Assembly: GCA_965224245.1 (NCBI GenBank)
Contig: OZ245046.1
Coordinates: 2,368,001-2,432,000 of the forward strand
DNA from: Candidatus Eiseniibacteriota bacterium
GTDB lineage: Bacteria > Eisenbacteria > RBG-16-71-46 > CAZAMP01
Direction: 5' to 3'
DNA length: 64,000 nucleotides
Positions 29,640 through 39,310 of the stretch are shown one piece after another (the first letter of the stretch is position 1; each line of letters begins with the position of its first letter). The notes beneath the pieces were generated by a model, which worked only from the letters and a program-made list of their open reading frames with translations, was not told the DNA's origin and searched no databases. The translations under genes and the position numbers were made by a program.

Positions 29640-31051
29640 ACGCCGGACGGCCCGTGACCCTCGCGCTCGGGCTCCTGGCCGCGGCGGGAACGTCTCACGC
29701 CGAGCCTCCCGGAGCGGCGGACACCCTCGATGCGCTCTTCCGAGGCGCCGAGCCGGGGGCGATCGTCCACGTGCCCCCGGGCGTCTATCACGGGCACCTG
29801 ATCGTGGATCGTCCGGTGACCCTGGACGGCGGCGGCGCCGTGACGATCGACGGCGACGGCGAGGGCACCGTGGTCACGCTGGCCTCCGCCGACGTCACGT
29901 TCCGGGGCTTCACGGTGCGCGGTTCGGGCTCCACGGTCGGCGACGAACCCGCGGGGATTCGTGTGACCGCCGGGCCGGTGGTGGTGGAGGCCAATCGCGT
30001 CGAGGACACGCTCTTCGGCATCGACCTCCGCGAGTCGTGGGGGTCGGTCGTGCGCGACAACGTCGTGATCGGGAAGGACCTCTCGCTCGGGCGCCGCGGC
30101 GACGGGATCCGGCTCTGGTGGAGCCACGACTGCCTGGTGACCGGCAACGAGGTCAGCGGGGTTCGGGACATGGTCTTCTGGTACTCCGAACGGCTCTCCA
30201 TCACCGGCAACCGCGTGACGGACAGCCGCTACGGACTCCACTTCATGTACAGCCACGACACGACCCTCGCCGACAACACGCTGATCGCGAACTCCGTGGG
30301 CATCTACCTGATGTACAGCAATCACATCGTCCTGCACCGGAATCGCCTGCGCAGCAACCGGGGCGCCAGCGGGTACGGCATCGGCCTCAAGGATTGCGAC
30401 GACATCACCGTGGACGAGAACGTGATCCTGGCAAACCGGGTCGGCGTGTACGTGGACAACAGTCCGTCCTCGATCGGCAGTGCGGGGCTGATCCGCGCGA
30501 ACCTCGTCGCCTTCAACGAGATCGGTGTCCTGGCCACGCCCAACACGCACGACAACGTCGTGACGGGCAACGGCTTCGTGGAGAACGAGGAGCAGGTGGC
30601 GGTGCACGGACGAGGATCGCTGGAGGCCAACCGATTCTCCGACGGCGGCACCGGCAACTTCTGGTCCGACTATGCCGGGTTCGACGGGAACGGGGACGGT
30701 CGGGGTGATCTGCCGTACGAGCCGAGGAGCCTGTTCGAGAGCCTTCTGGCCCGGGAGCCCAATCTCCGCTTCTTTCTTCACAGTCCGGCCGAGCAGGCGA
30801 TCGAGTTCACGGCCAGGGCTTTCCCCGAGATCCGACCCGAGCCGAACTTCGTGGACGCCCACCCGCTCGTCACCCCGGTCGAGGTTCGCGTCGCCATGGC
30901 CGACGACCGGGCCGGCGGCCTTCCCATGGCCGCCTTCGCGGCGGGCCTCGTCGCCATCGCCGCCGGCGCGTCCCGGTGGCTCGGACGCGAGCGATCCCTC
31001 ACCCCGTGCGGCGGTGACGCGAGCACCGTCTCGAGGAGGCTCCGGTCGTGA
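29636..31051 (+). CDS. nosD: Nitrous oxide reductase maturation protein NosD
   Basis: Beta-helix repeats; motifs RRGDGIRLWWS, RYGLHFMYS and GNFWSDYAGFDGNGDGRGDLPY; ATGA overlap with nosB. Confidence 0.95.
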   Translation: MNAGRPVTLALGLLAAAGTSHAEPPGAADTLDALFRGAEPGAIVHVPPGVYHGHLIVDRPVTLDGGGAVTIDGDGEGTVVTLASADVTFRGFTVRGSGSTVGDEPAGIRVTAGPVVVEANRVEDTLFGIDLRESWGSVVRDNVVIGKDLSLGRRGDGIRLWWSHDCLVTGNEVSGVRDMVFWYSERLSITGNRVTDSRYGLHFMYSHDTTLADNTLIANSVGIYLMYSNHIVLHRNRLRSNRGASGYGIGLKDCDDITVDENVILANRVGVYVDNSPSSIGSAGLIRANLVAFNEIGVLATPNTHDNVVTGNGFVENEEQVAVHGRGSLEANRFSDGGTGNFWSDYAGFDGNGDGRGDLPYEPRSLFESLLAREPNLRFFLHSPAEQAIEFTARAFPEIRPEPNFVDAHPLVTPVEVRVAMADDRAGGLPMAAFAAGLVAIAAGASRWLGRERSLTPCGGDASTVSRRLRS

Positions 31052-31929
31052 TCCACATCCACACCGTCACCAAGCGATACGGCCGCGTCACCGCGCTCCA
31101 CGACGTCAGCGCGCGGATCCGTCCCGGTGAGGCGCTCGCCCTCTGGGGGCACAACGGCGCCGGAAAGACCACGTTGATCCGCTGCCTCCTCGGTGTCATC
31201 CGGTACGAGGGCGAGGTGACGATCGCCGGCGTCGACGTTCGCCGGGACGGCAAGCGCGCGCGTGCGCTCGTCGGGTACGTCCCCCAGGAGCTCGCGTTCC
31301 ACGACGACACGCAGCTGGGCGCGGCGATGGCGTTCTTCGCCGAGCTCCGACGGGTCGGACGCCGGGATGCCGCGGCCGCGCTGCGGGCGGTCGGCCTCGA
31401 GGGCCACGACTCGAAGCGGCTGCGCGAGCTGTCGGGCGGCATGAAGCAGCGTCTCGCGATGGCGATCGCGCTGCTGTCGGATCCGCCGGTGATCGTCCTC
31501 GACGAGCCCACGTCCAACCTCGATGCCGCCGGTCGGCGCGCCGTGGTCGAGATGCTCCGCGACCTTCGTACCGGCGGCAAGACCATCGTGTTCGCGTCCC
31601 ACCGATCGGACGAGGTACTCGCCCTCGCCGATCGCGTGCTCGTCCTCGACGACGGACGCCTCGTCGAGGATCGCGTGCCCGGAGAGCTCTGGCCGGGAGA
31701 GGGCCCGGGCCAGCGGCTCCGACTTCACGTGGCCGAGGGGCAGGAGACCTCGGCGCTCGCGGTGCTGGACCGAGGCGGTCACGTCGCCGAGCTGAACGGC
31801 AACGGTCTGTGTGTCACGACGCCGCGGAACCGAAAGGGTGACCCGATCACGCTCCTGGTGCGCTCCGAGATCGACGTGCGCGACTTCGAGGTGCTGGCGG
31901 ATCCGTCGCCGCACGGGGAGGGATCATGA
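31048..31929 (+). CDS. nosF: ABC transporter ATP-binding protein NosF
   Basis: Motifs GHNGAGKTT, LSGGMKQR and VLDEPT; position in the nos operon. Confidence 0.9.
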   Translation: MIHIHTVTKRYGRVTALHDVSARIRPGEALALWGHNGAGKTTLIRCLLGVIRYEGEVTIAGVDVRRDGKRARALVGYVPQELAFHDDTQLGAAMAFFAELRRVGRRDAAAALRAVGLEGHDSKRLRELSGGMKQRLAMAIALLSDPPVIVLDEPTSNLDAAGRRAVVEMLRDLRTGGKTIVFASHRSDEVLALADRVLVLDDGRLVEDRVPGELWPGEGPGQRLRLHVAEGQETSALAVLDRGGHVAELNGNGLCVTTPRNRKGDPITLLVRSEIDVRDFEVLADPSPHGEGS

Positions 31930-32804
31930 CGACCTCGACCCCCTCCTGGGTCGCCGTCCCCGGGGCCAGGCTCTCGTGGCGGCGTGGTGTGCTCGCGTTC
32001 GCCCGGAGAGAGTTCCGTGAGTGCGTGGCCCGCCGCTGGTTCGCGCTCCAGACGCTGGCGTTCGCGGTGCTCGCGGTCGCCGTATCGTTCGTGTCCCTCG
32101 CGGGCGTCGGCTCGTACGGGTTCGCCGGCTTCGGCCGCACCACCGCCGGCGTCCTGAACCTCGTGATGCTGGTGGTCCCTCTGATGTCGCTCACCGCCGG
32201 CGCGGGGACGATCGCCGGCGAGCGGGAGCGCGGAACGCTCCTCTACCTGCTCGCCCAGCCGGTGTCCCGATCCGAGATCCTGGTCGGGAAGATCGTCGGA
32301 CTGGGAGCCGCGCTGTGCGCCTCGCTGTGCCTCGGCTTCGGCTTCAGCGCGGTGGTGCTGGTCTGGCGGACCGGGGGAACCGGGCTGGCCGCGTTTGCCC
32401 TCCTCGTCGCGTTCTCGTGCATGCTCGCGATCGCCATGCTCTCGCTGGGGATCCTGGTCTCGGTGATCTCGAGAAGCAGCGGCATGGCGACCGGCCTCAG
32501 CCTCTTCGCGTGGCTGGGTCTGGTGTTTCTGAGCGACCTCGGGCTCATGGCGGGGACGCTCCTGTTCCGCCTCCGCGTGCGCGAGGTGTTCCTGTGCGGG
32601 CTGATGAATCCCCTCCAGGCGTTCAAGATGAGCGTGCTGACGGCCATGAACGCATCGCTCGACGTCCTGGGACCGGTCGGGGTCTACGCGTCCCAGACGG
32701 TCGGCGATCACGGCCTGGCGGTGTTCGCGTCGGTGCTCGCGGTGTGGATCGTGGTGCCGCTCACTGTCTCGAGCGTGCTCTTCATCCGACGGGGGCAGGC
32801 ATGA
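31926..32804 (+). CDS. nosY: ABC transporter permease NosY
   Basis: GFGRTTAGVLNLV..VPL, GERERGTLLYLLAQPVSR and NPLQAF; multiple TM segments. Confidence 0.9.
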   Translation: MTTSTPSWVAVPGARLSWRRGVLAFARREFRECVARRWFALQTLAFAVLAVAVSFVSLAGVGSYGFAGFGRTTAGVLNLVMLVVPLMSLTAGAGTIAGERERGTLLYLLAQPVSRSEILVGKIVGLGAALCASLCLGFGFSAVVLVWRTGGTGLAAFALLVAFSCMLAIAMLSLGILVSVISRSSGMATGLSLFAWLGLVFLSDLGLMAGTLLFRLRVREVFLCGLMNPLQAFKMSVLTAMNASLDVLGPVGVYASQTVGDHGLAVFASVLAVWIVVPLTVSSVLFIRRGQA

Positions 32805-33256
32805 CGCTTCCCGCGACCGGCAGAGGGTCCATGGTGATCCTCGTCCTCGCGATCGGGATGAGCTGCGCGGGGGAGCCGGCCGACGGTCCGCCCGACGTCC
32901 GGTACGGCGAGAGCGTGTGCGCACACTGCAACATGATCGTCAGCGACGAGCGATTCGCCACCGCGTCGGTGGTCGACGGCCCGCGAGGACCCGAGCCCCG
33001 CGTCTTCGACGACTTCAACTGTCAGATCGACTTCGAGCGGGACCACCCCGACGTGTCCGTTTCGGGGCGGTGGGTGCACGACCACGGCACGCTCGCGTGG
33101 GTTCCGGCCGCCGCGGCGCTCTACGTGAGGGCCGCGACGCTCCACACGCCGATGGCCTCCGGCGTGGCCGCGTTCGCCGGACGTCCGGCCGCCGATGCGT
33201 TCGCCGGCGACGTCGGCGGGGACGTGCTGTCGTTCGACGAGCTGTGGGGACGGTGA
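32801..33256 (+). CDS. nosL: Copper chaperone lipoprotein NosL
   Basis: Lipobox-like GMSC; motifs CAHCNMIVSDERFA, FDDFNC and TPMASGVAAF. Confidence 0.92.
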   Translation: MTLPATGRGSMVILVLAIGMSCAGEPADGPPDVRYGESVCAHCNMIVSDERFATASVVDGPRGPEPRVFDDFNCQIDFERDHPDVSVSGRWVHDHGTLAWVPAAAALYVRAATLHTPMASGVAAFAGRPAADAFAGDVGGDVLSFDELWGR

Positions 33257-33338
33257 TCGCCGGACGTGGGTGACCCGGGACGATCGCGCGGCGGCGCCCG
33301 TGTCTCGCGCCGCCGGGACGAGCCCCCCGCGGCGCCGT

Positions 33339-34337
33339 TTACGGGATGTGGTACCCGACCGAGATCCGGTGGCTCTGACCGAGATCGTCCGAGTACGGTA
33401 CGAACGCGTAGCCGACCCGGAGCTGATCGCGATCCACGCGGAGCCCGAAGCTCAGGTCCTCGGTATCGAGCCCCGTGCGGTAGCCCATGCTGAGCGCCGC
33501 GAGATCCCGGTAGAGGTAACGCGCGCCCATCAGCACGCTGAAGTCCTCTCCGGAGACCTGGCGCCCCTCCAGAGAGACCTCCACCGCCCCGTTGGCGATC
33601 ATCGCCGCCGGGCGGTAGCTGACCCCTCCCTGGACCGTGGTGGGCAGCGAGAAGCTCTCGCCTCCGGCGATGGGACCGGCACCGGACTGGTTGACGATCT
33701 GGACCTGGTTGAACGCGATGTCGTTCGAGAGGTTCTGGACGGATGCACCGAACGAGAACCGCTCCCACCGATACTGCGCCCCGAGATCGGTCGCGATCGT
33801 CTGGGCCACGTGATCCTCGTCGGCGGCGGGGTCTCCGATGAACTCGCGCACGTACTTGAACCCCACGCCCACGCTCAGATCCTCGTTCACCGCATATGCG
33901 TAGCCGAGCGTCAGCGCGAGATCGTAGAAGCCCACGTCGCCGGTGATCTCACCGTTCTCGTCGCGTCCCTCGAGATCGCTCGTGAACAGACCGTTGAACG
34001 AGAGCCCGAGCCCGTGCCGCCCGAACGATCGCGCGACGCCCGCGTACTCCAGGCGCAGGTCGGCGATGTACTCGTTGTGCATCAGATACACGTCGGTGCC
34101 GCCCACGCGCGTCAGCCCCGCCGGATTCCAGTACAGCGCCGTGGCATCGCGGGCCTGGCTCGTGTACGCCTGGCCCATCCCCATCGCGTCGGTCCCGACA
34201 CCGATCTTCAGGAACGCCAGGCCGTTCTCGCCGGCACCGGCCAGCGCCGTCGACGCGCCCAGGGCGAGCGCCGGGAACAAACCGATCGCGACCCGCGCCG
34301 CGGACCGTGCAGTGGCCGTCTGTCGTGTTGCGTTCAT
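33339..34337 (-). CDS. PorV/PorQ-family outer-membrane beta-barrel (FadL-like)
   Basis: Signal peptide; N-terminal motif FLKIGVGTDAMGMGQAY..DATALYWNPAGL; C-terminal LGQSHRISVGY. Confidence 0.85.
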   Translation of the reverse strand: MNATRQTATARSAARVAIGLFPALALGASTALAGAGENGLAFLKIGVGTDAMGMGQAYTSQARDATALYWNPAGLTRVGGTDVYLMHNEYIADLRLEYAGVARSFGRHGLGLSFNGLFTSDLEGRDENGEITGDVGFYDLALTLGYAYAVNEDLSVGVGFKYVREFIGDPAADEDHVAQTIATDLGAQYRWERFSFGASVQNLSNDIAFNQVQIVNQSGAGPIAGGESFSLPTTVQGGVSYRPAAMIANGAVEVSLEGRQVSGEDFSVLMGARYLYRDLAALSMGYRTGLDTEDLSFGLRVDRDQLRVGYAFVPYSDDLGQSHRISVGYHIP

Positions 34338-34401
34338 CGCGCTACTCTTCCCCATCGGTTCGACCGCCGGACGAGGCCCGCCCCGTCGGGCGGAGCCCGC
34401 T

Positions 34402-37400
34402 CTAACGGATCAAGGCCAGCTTTCCGACCTCGGAGTCGGCTCTCCCCCCGGTCGACGCGACCCGGTAGACGTACAGGCCGGGCGCCACCGGCGTCCCGGA
34501 CTCGTTCAGGCCATCCCAGCGCACGAGGTTGTCGACGCCACCATAGACGGTGCCGTCCAGGCGGCGGACCTCGATCCCGGCGGCATCGTAGATCGTGATC
34601 GTCACGCGTGAGACGTCCATCGCCGGCCGGTAGTGGAACGACGTGCCGTCCGGACGCGCCGGATTCGGCTGGCAGTATACGTCGGCGAGCCCGCTGGCCG
34701 CATCGGGCACGTCGGACTCGCTGGCCGCCGTGACCGCGTTTCGCGTGGGTCCGCGACGGAACATGCCCCACTCGTCGCCGCGCGGGCGGTACGGCGCATC
34801 CAGGTTCCAGAGCACCGCGCGCGTCCACAGGACCTCGTCGCGCGATCCGCGTCCCACGTCGAGCGCGAAGACGTCGGTGCGAGCGTCCCCGTCGAAGTCG
34901 CCCACCACCGGGACGGTGCCCGAGCCGACCTGGAGCGGCCACCCGCGAAGCACGCGCGCGTGGGCGTCGTCCCCGCGCAACCCCACCACGAGCCCGTCGC
35001 CGAAGACCGGGATCACGTCGAGACGCCCGTCCCCGGTCACGTCGGCCGCGAGCGGCCCCCGATGCGGCGGCGACAGGTCGTAGTACGTGTCCTGCGGGAC
35101 GTCGAACGTCCGCGGCCAGCCGGCGTCGACCACGCCGTTCAGGTTGATCACGAAGGCCGCGCCGCTGGTGCCGATGGCCAGCACCTCGGCGAAGCCGTCC
35201 GAGTCGACGTCGGCGATCGACACCTCGCTCCCGATCGGACCGCCCACGAACACCGGCCACCCCGCGCGCGGCGAGAGGTGTGAGACGTCACCGTCGTGCC
35301 CGAGCTCCCACGCGAACACGGTGCCGTCCTCGGCCACGGCGACCACGTCGGGGGTGTCGTCGCCGTCCAGATCCCCCCACACCGGCGAGCCGAAGCGCCG
35401 ATCGGGCTCGGTGGGCGCGCGCTCGCGCTGGTCGGTGTCGAGGTCCAGATCCACGAGTAGCATGCCGCCCAGGAGTCCCGCCTGCACGACGACCGGGATG
35501 GTGGCTGCGCCGCCCTGCGTGACCGGCGCCCCGGCGATCCGCCCGACCACCGGGGCCCCGGCGACCGGCCCGGCGATGCGGTACTCGCGGCCGGCGGCCG
35601 CATCGAGATCCCAGCGCCACATCGCGCCCTCGGTCGAATCGGCGCCCGCATCGCGGGAGCCCACGATCAGCTCCAGCGCGGCGTCGTCGTCGACGTCGGC
35701 GAGCACACCCTCCACGCGTCCCAGCGAGTCGACGGCGCCGGCGGGTCGCCGGCGCAGCGCGGTGGCGGTCATCTCGAAGACCGAGATGCCGCCGCGCTCG
35801 CCGATCGTCACGATCGACTGGCCGCCGTCCCCCAGCACGTCACCGACGAGCGGGGATCCGGCCGGCGTGTCGCCGATGTCGCGGTCTCCCCCGATCGCGC
35901 GTCCGTCGGTGTCGAGGACGGTCAGGAGCCCGCTCTCGCCCAGCACCACGAACTCGCTCTCGCGGTCGCCGTCGAGATCGGCCGCCAGCGGATGCGCGCC
36001 GGAGATGGGCTGATCCAGCGTGACCGGAAAGCCGTCGGCGAGCGTGGCCGCGGCGCCGTCGGGCTCCACGAACTCGACCCGGAACGACTGCGTCTCCCCG
36101 GGAGGCCCGATGTCGCTGATGAGCACGCGCCCCGGCGCGCCGAACGAGCTCTCGGAGGAGGGGTTCGTCCAGGGTCCGAACTCGGTGGCGGTGCCTGGAC
36201 GGAACGCGTCGTCCGGGGACCCGAACGACAGGATCGTGTAGGCGTCGAACTCCAGATCCTGGACCCCGTCGGCCTCCTCGAGGTCGATGCCGAGGTGATG
36301 CGGGTCGGCGTTGACCAGGTTGTAGTCGAACGCGAACCGCACCACGGAGTCGTCGATGTGCCAGACGTACAGCCCCTCGGACTCGCGGTACGTGGCGGTG
36401 GGGCTCGTCGGCAAGAGGTTCGGGGTGAAGTAGTCGAACTCGGAGCCTGCGAACGTGTCGCCCCAGAAGTTGAACGAGACGTCGTCCTCGCTTCGACGCG
36501 CCCAGTCGAACGTCCGGTTGTCGTTGGGATCGGGTTGTCGGGCCTCGACCAGGAAGTACTCGTCGGCCGAGATCGGGATGCGGACCGCGAGCGTGTCGGT
36601 GGCCGCGGGGCGATCGGTCTCGATCGGGGTCAGCGTGACCGCGCGCCCGCCCGGCGGCGTGTCGGCGATCGTGACCGGATCGAGCCATCCCGCGTAGTAG
36701 CGCGACCACACGCATGGCTCGCCGGGGACGAAGCCGTTGCCGTTCCACGTGCCGGCGGCCATCAGGCAGAACGCCCCGACGCCCTGCGACGGATCCCCAG
36801 GCGTGGTGTCGTACAGATCGGGCCAGCCGATCATCACGTGACCGAGCTCGTGCGTGAACACGCCCATGAGCCCGAACCGCCACCCGTCCTGTACCTCGTT
36901 CTCGGGGAGGAGCGCGGCCCCGCGCACGTAGACGGTGTCGCCCTCGGCGGTCAGATCGTCGGTCGGGATCCCGGGCACTTCGTAGCCGAGCGAGTCGTTC
37001 AGCACGAACGAGAGCAGATCGCCCGGGAAGAACGCGGACCAGATCTGTGACTTGCTGTCCCGCGCCACGTCGGACTCCTGACCGGAGCCCGAGTGCACGA
37101 CCGCGAAGCCGTTGTAGTCACCGAAGTCCACGTCGGCGTCGGCGCCCGCGACGGCGTCCCAGATCAGCTTCGTGCCGCGTTCGGAGAAGAGATCGTCGTC
37201 TCCGTAGTACGCCATCGGGGCGGGAAGCTTGACCACCGCGTCGTGAACCGTGGCCTCCATCACGTGCTGGCCGAACGACACGTCCTCGTAGTACTGGCGC
37301 ACGTGCTCGAGGTGACGATCGAAGTAGGCCACCAGGAGCTCGTCCTCGGGGATCGGGCCCGCGCCCGTCGTGTCGATGGCCAGCGTGTCGAAGGGCACGT

Positions 37401-37713
37401 CGGCGAACTCGGCCAGCAGGAAGAGTACGCGCGAGGTGTCGGACGGCGCGCCGACCCGGTCGGTGTCGTGATCGAAGTAGCCGAGCGCCAGCTCGGGCGC
37501 CGGCTCGCGAAAGACGGGCCAGTCGGTCTTCTGGGGCACCGGCGGCGCCATGCAGAAGATCGGCCCGCCCACCGGCCCGGCGTGGACGGCCGGTCGAGGT
37601 TCGGGCGCGTCGCCGGCGCGCGGAAGAGGTGTGATCCGGTCCGTGGACGTCAACCAGCCCAGCGCCGAGAGCACGGCGAGCGCCGACGTCAGTAACGTGC
37701 GTCGAAGCATCAT
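34402..37713 (-). CDS. Secreted M6 (immune inhibitor A-like) metalloprotease with FG-GAP/VCBS repeats and a FlgD-Ig-like C-terminal domain
   Basis: HSGSGQES, IWS, GVFTHELGH...PDLYD and LMAAGTWNG; repeated DLDGD/DVDSDG; C-terminus YCQPNP...IYDAAG...WDGLNESG.PVAPGLYVYRV. Confidence 0.88.
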   Translation of the reverse strand: MMLRRTLLTSALAVLSALGWLTSTDRITPLPRAGDAPEPRPAVHAGPVGGPIFCMAPPVPQKTDWPVFREPAPELALGYFDHDTDRVGAPSDTSRVLFLLAEFADVPFDTLAIDTTGAGPIPEDELLVAYFDRHLEHVRQYYEDVSFGQHVMEATVHDAVVKLPAPMAYYGDDDLFSERGTKLIWDAVAGADADVDFGDYNGFAVVHSGSGQESDVARDSKSQIWSAFFPGDLLSFVLNDSLGYEVPGIPTDDLTAEGDTVYVRGAALLPENEVQDGWRFGLMGVFTHELGHVMIGWPDLYDTTPGDPSQGVGAFCLMAAGTWNGNGFVPGEPCVWSRYYAGWLDPVTIADTPPGGRAVTLTPIETDRPAATDTLAVRIPISADEYFLVEARQPDPNDNRTFDWARRSEDDVSFNFWGDTFAGSEFDYFTPNLLPTSPTATYRESEGLYVWHIDDSVVRFAFDYNLVNADPHHLGIDLEEADGVQDLEFDAYTILSFGSPDDAFRPGTATEFGPWTNPSSESSFGAPGRVLISDIGPPGETQSFRVEFVEPDGAAATLADGFPVTLDQPISGAHPLAADLDGDRESEFVVLGESGLLTVLDTDGRAIGGDRDIGDTPAGSPLVGDVLGDGGQSIVTIGERGGISVFEMTATALRRRPAGAVDSLGRVEGVLADVDDDAALELIVGSRDAGADSTEGAMWRWDLDAAAGREYRIAGPVAGAPVVGRIAGAPVTQGGAATIPVVVQAGLLGGMLLVDLDLDTDQRERAPTEPDRRFGSPVWGDLDGDDTPDVVAVAEDGTVFAWELGHDGDVSHLSPRAGWPVFVGGPIGSEVSIADVDSDGFAEVLAIGTSGAAFVINLNGVVDAGWPRTFDVPQDTYYDLSPPHRGPLAADVTGDGRLDVIPVFGDGLVVGLRGDDAHARVLRGWPLQVGSGTVPVVGDFDGDARTDVFALDVGRGSRDEVLWTRAVLWNLDAPYRPRGDEWGMFRRGPTRNAVTAASESDVPDAASGLADVYCQPNPARPDGTSFHYRPAMDVSRVTITIYDAAGIEVRRLDGTVYGGVDNLVRWDGLNESGTPVAPGLYVYRVASTGGRADSEVGKLALIR

Positions 37714-37828
37714 GTTGAGTCCCGCTTCACGAGATGGGCATCGGGGAGCGCCCGGCCGCGGCGCCGGGACACCTTCCCGGTGTCCGGCGCAATCGCAACG
37801 TGAGCAAGCGCTTACCTAGGCCTGGGCG

Positions 37829-37857
37829 AGTCTAGAGAGGCATACACCGGGGGTCAA
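37829..37857 (-). promoter_or_regulatory. Sigma70-type promoter of the M6 protease-PorV operon
   Basis: Minus strand TTGACC-N17-TAGACT. Confidence 0.55.
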
Positions 37858-37909
37858 CGTTTTGCTCCGGCGGGACGGGAGTAAATCGGGGGTGGAAGGG
37901 GCGGCCCCG

Positions 37910-39310
37910 TCAGCGACGGGACCGACCACCGGACGAGCGATCGCGCCCCGAGGACTTCGATCGCCCGCTGCGTCCGCGATCCCCGCTCTTGCGATCGTCC
38001 CGCCGCGGGGGCGTGGCCGACTTTCGCGGCTTGTCCCCCCGGGAGTTCCGGGGTCGATCGCCGACGTTTCGTGGACGATCGTCCCGCGACGGCTGCACGT
38101 CTCGACCGGAATCGTCGCGCTTGGGACGTGCTCCGCGATCCCGCTTGCCCCGCCCGGCATCCCGATCACGGTCGTCACGATCGCCGCGGTCCACGTCTCG
38201 TGCGCCGCGATCGCCGCGATCTCCCCGGTCGACGTTCCGGTCGCCCCGATCTCCCCGATCGGGCCGGGTTCCGCGGTCATCCCGGCCACGCGAGTCCAGA
38301 GCGCCGTCGCGATCGCGAACCGGCTTCGTGGTGCCCCGTACGTCGTGCGCGTCGGACACGTGGTCGCCGCGTGTCCACGAGGGATGGTCCTTGCGGTCCT
38401 TCAGATGATCGCGCTCCCTGGGCGACTTGCCTGCGAACGTCCGGATCAGACGATCCGGACGACCGTCCTCCCACCGATCCTTGGACGACCACTTGGTCTT
38501 GTAGGAGCGGTAGCGGTGCGGCGCGTTCGCGCGCTTCCAGTAGTAGAAGCGCGGCTGGCAGCGTGCCGGATAGAGCGCGTCGGTCCACCAGACGTCCACG
38601 CGCACGTCGAACACCCGGCACGCGTCCCGGTACGGGTCGTACCATCCGCCGTAATGACAGTCGTTGCACACGTAGCGCGGATAGTACCGGTGCGTGCGGA
38701 CGCCCCAGTACACGGTCCGGAAGCCCACCCGGTGCGGCGCGCACCCGCGGGGCAGAATCGAGGCCCGGAGCTCGGCGAACGCCAGGTACGGGTCGCCGGT
38801 GACGAACCCGAACTGCACGATGGGGCTGCGAGAGGCGCCGAGGTAGTACGGCCTGGTGCGGTGGCCGTGCGCGTAGAACCAGTCGGGAAAGTACGGGTCC
38901 AGCGGATAGGCGCACGCCAGCGCCTGCACGTACACCATGCCCTCCAGCGGTCCCACCTCGAGAAACGGCGCGTTGACCACGTACGACCGTCCGCCCCGGA
39001 GGTAGTGCGGGTCGTGCGGATGGTACGGGTAGATCAGATGCGCCATGCCGTCCACGTCGACGCCGTAGACGACGACGTACGAGTCGCGATGGGGACGGAC
39101 GGTCAGCTGGACCACGTCACCGGTGTCGTAGGTCGGATCCTCGCCGCCCGCGTCGACCCAGACGTCGACGCCGTACGCGTCGCCGTAGCCGCGGTCGTGA
39201 ACGGCATCCTGATAGCCGATGCCGGCCATCGCCGGCGCGGCGCCCGCCACGAGTGCGAGCGCGGCGGCCAGCGTGCCGGCCGCCCTCGAGAGCGTCGGAG
39301 TGCGCATCAT
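37910..39310 (-). CDS. Secreted DUF4384-like protein with a Tyr/Cys-rich middle and an Arg/Asp/Gly-rich low-complexity tail
   Basis: Signal peptide; VDVWVD..YDTGDVVQL...YVVVYGVDVDG..HLIYP resembles DUF4384; CNDCH; DRGDRGD repeats. Confidence 0.75.
   Translation of the reverse strand: MMRTPTLSRAAGTLAAALALVAGAAPAMAGIGYQDAVHDRGYGDAYGVDVWVDAGGEDPTYDTGDVVQLTVRPHRDSYVVVYGVDVDGMAHLIYPYHPHDPHYLRGGRSYVVNAPFLEVGPLEGMVYVQALACAYPLDPYFPDWFYAHGHRTRPYYLGASRSPIVQFGFVTGDPYLAFAELRASILPRGCAPHRVGFRTVYWGVRTHRYYPRYVCNDCHYGGWYDPYRDACRVFDVRVDVWWTDALYPARCQPRFYYWKRANAPHRYRSYKTKWSSKDRWEDGRPDRLIRTFAGKSPRERDHLKDRKDHPSWTRGDHVSDAHDVRGTTKPVRDRDGALDSRGRDDRGTRPDRGDRGDRNVDRGDRGDRGARDVDRGDRDDRDRDAGRGKRDRGARPKRDDSGRDVQPSRDDRPRNVGDRPRNSRGDKPRKSATPPRRDDRKSGDRGRSGRSKSSGRDRSSGGRSRR

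Noticed and set aside
38170-38270. Multiple RGD tripeptides as integrin-binding motifs
   Set aside because: Expected by chance in an R/G/D low-complexity tract; no other sign of host interaction.
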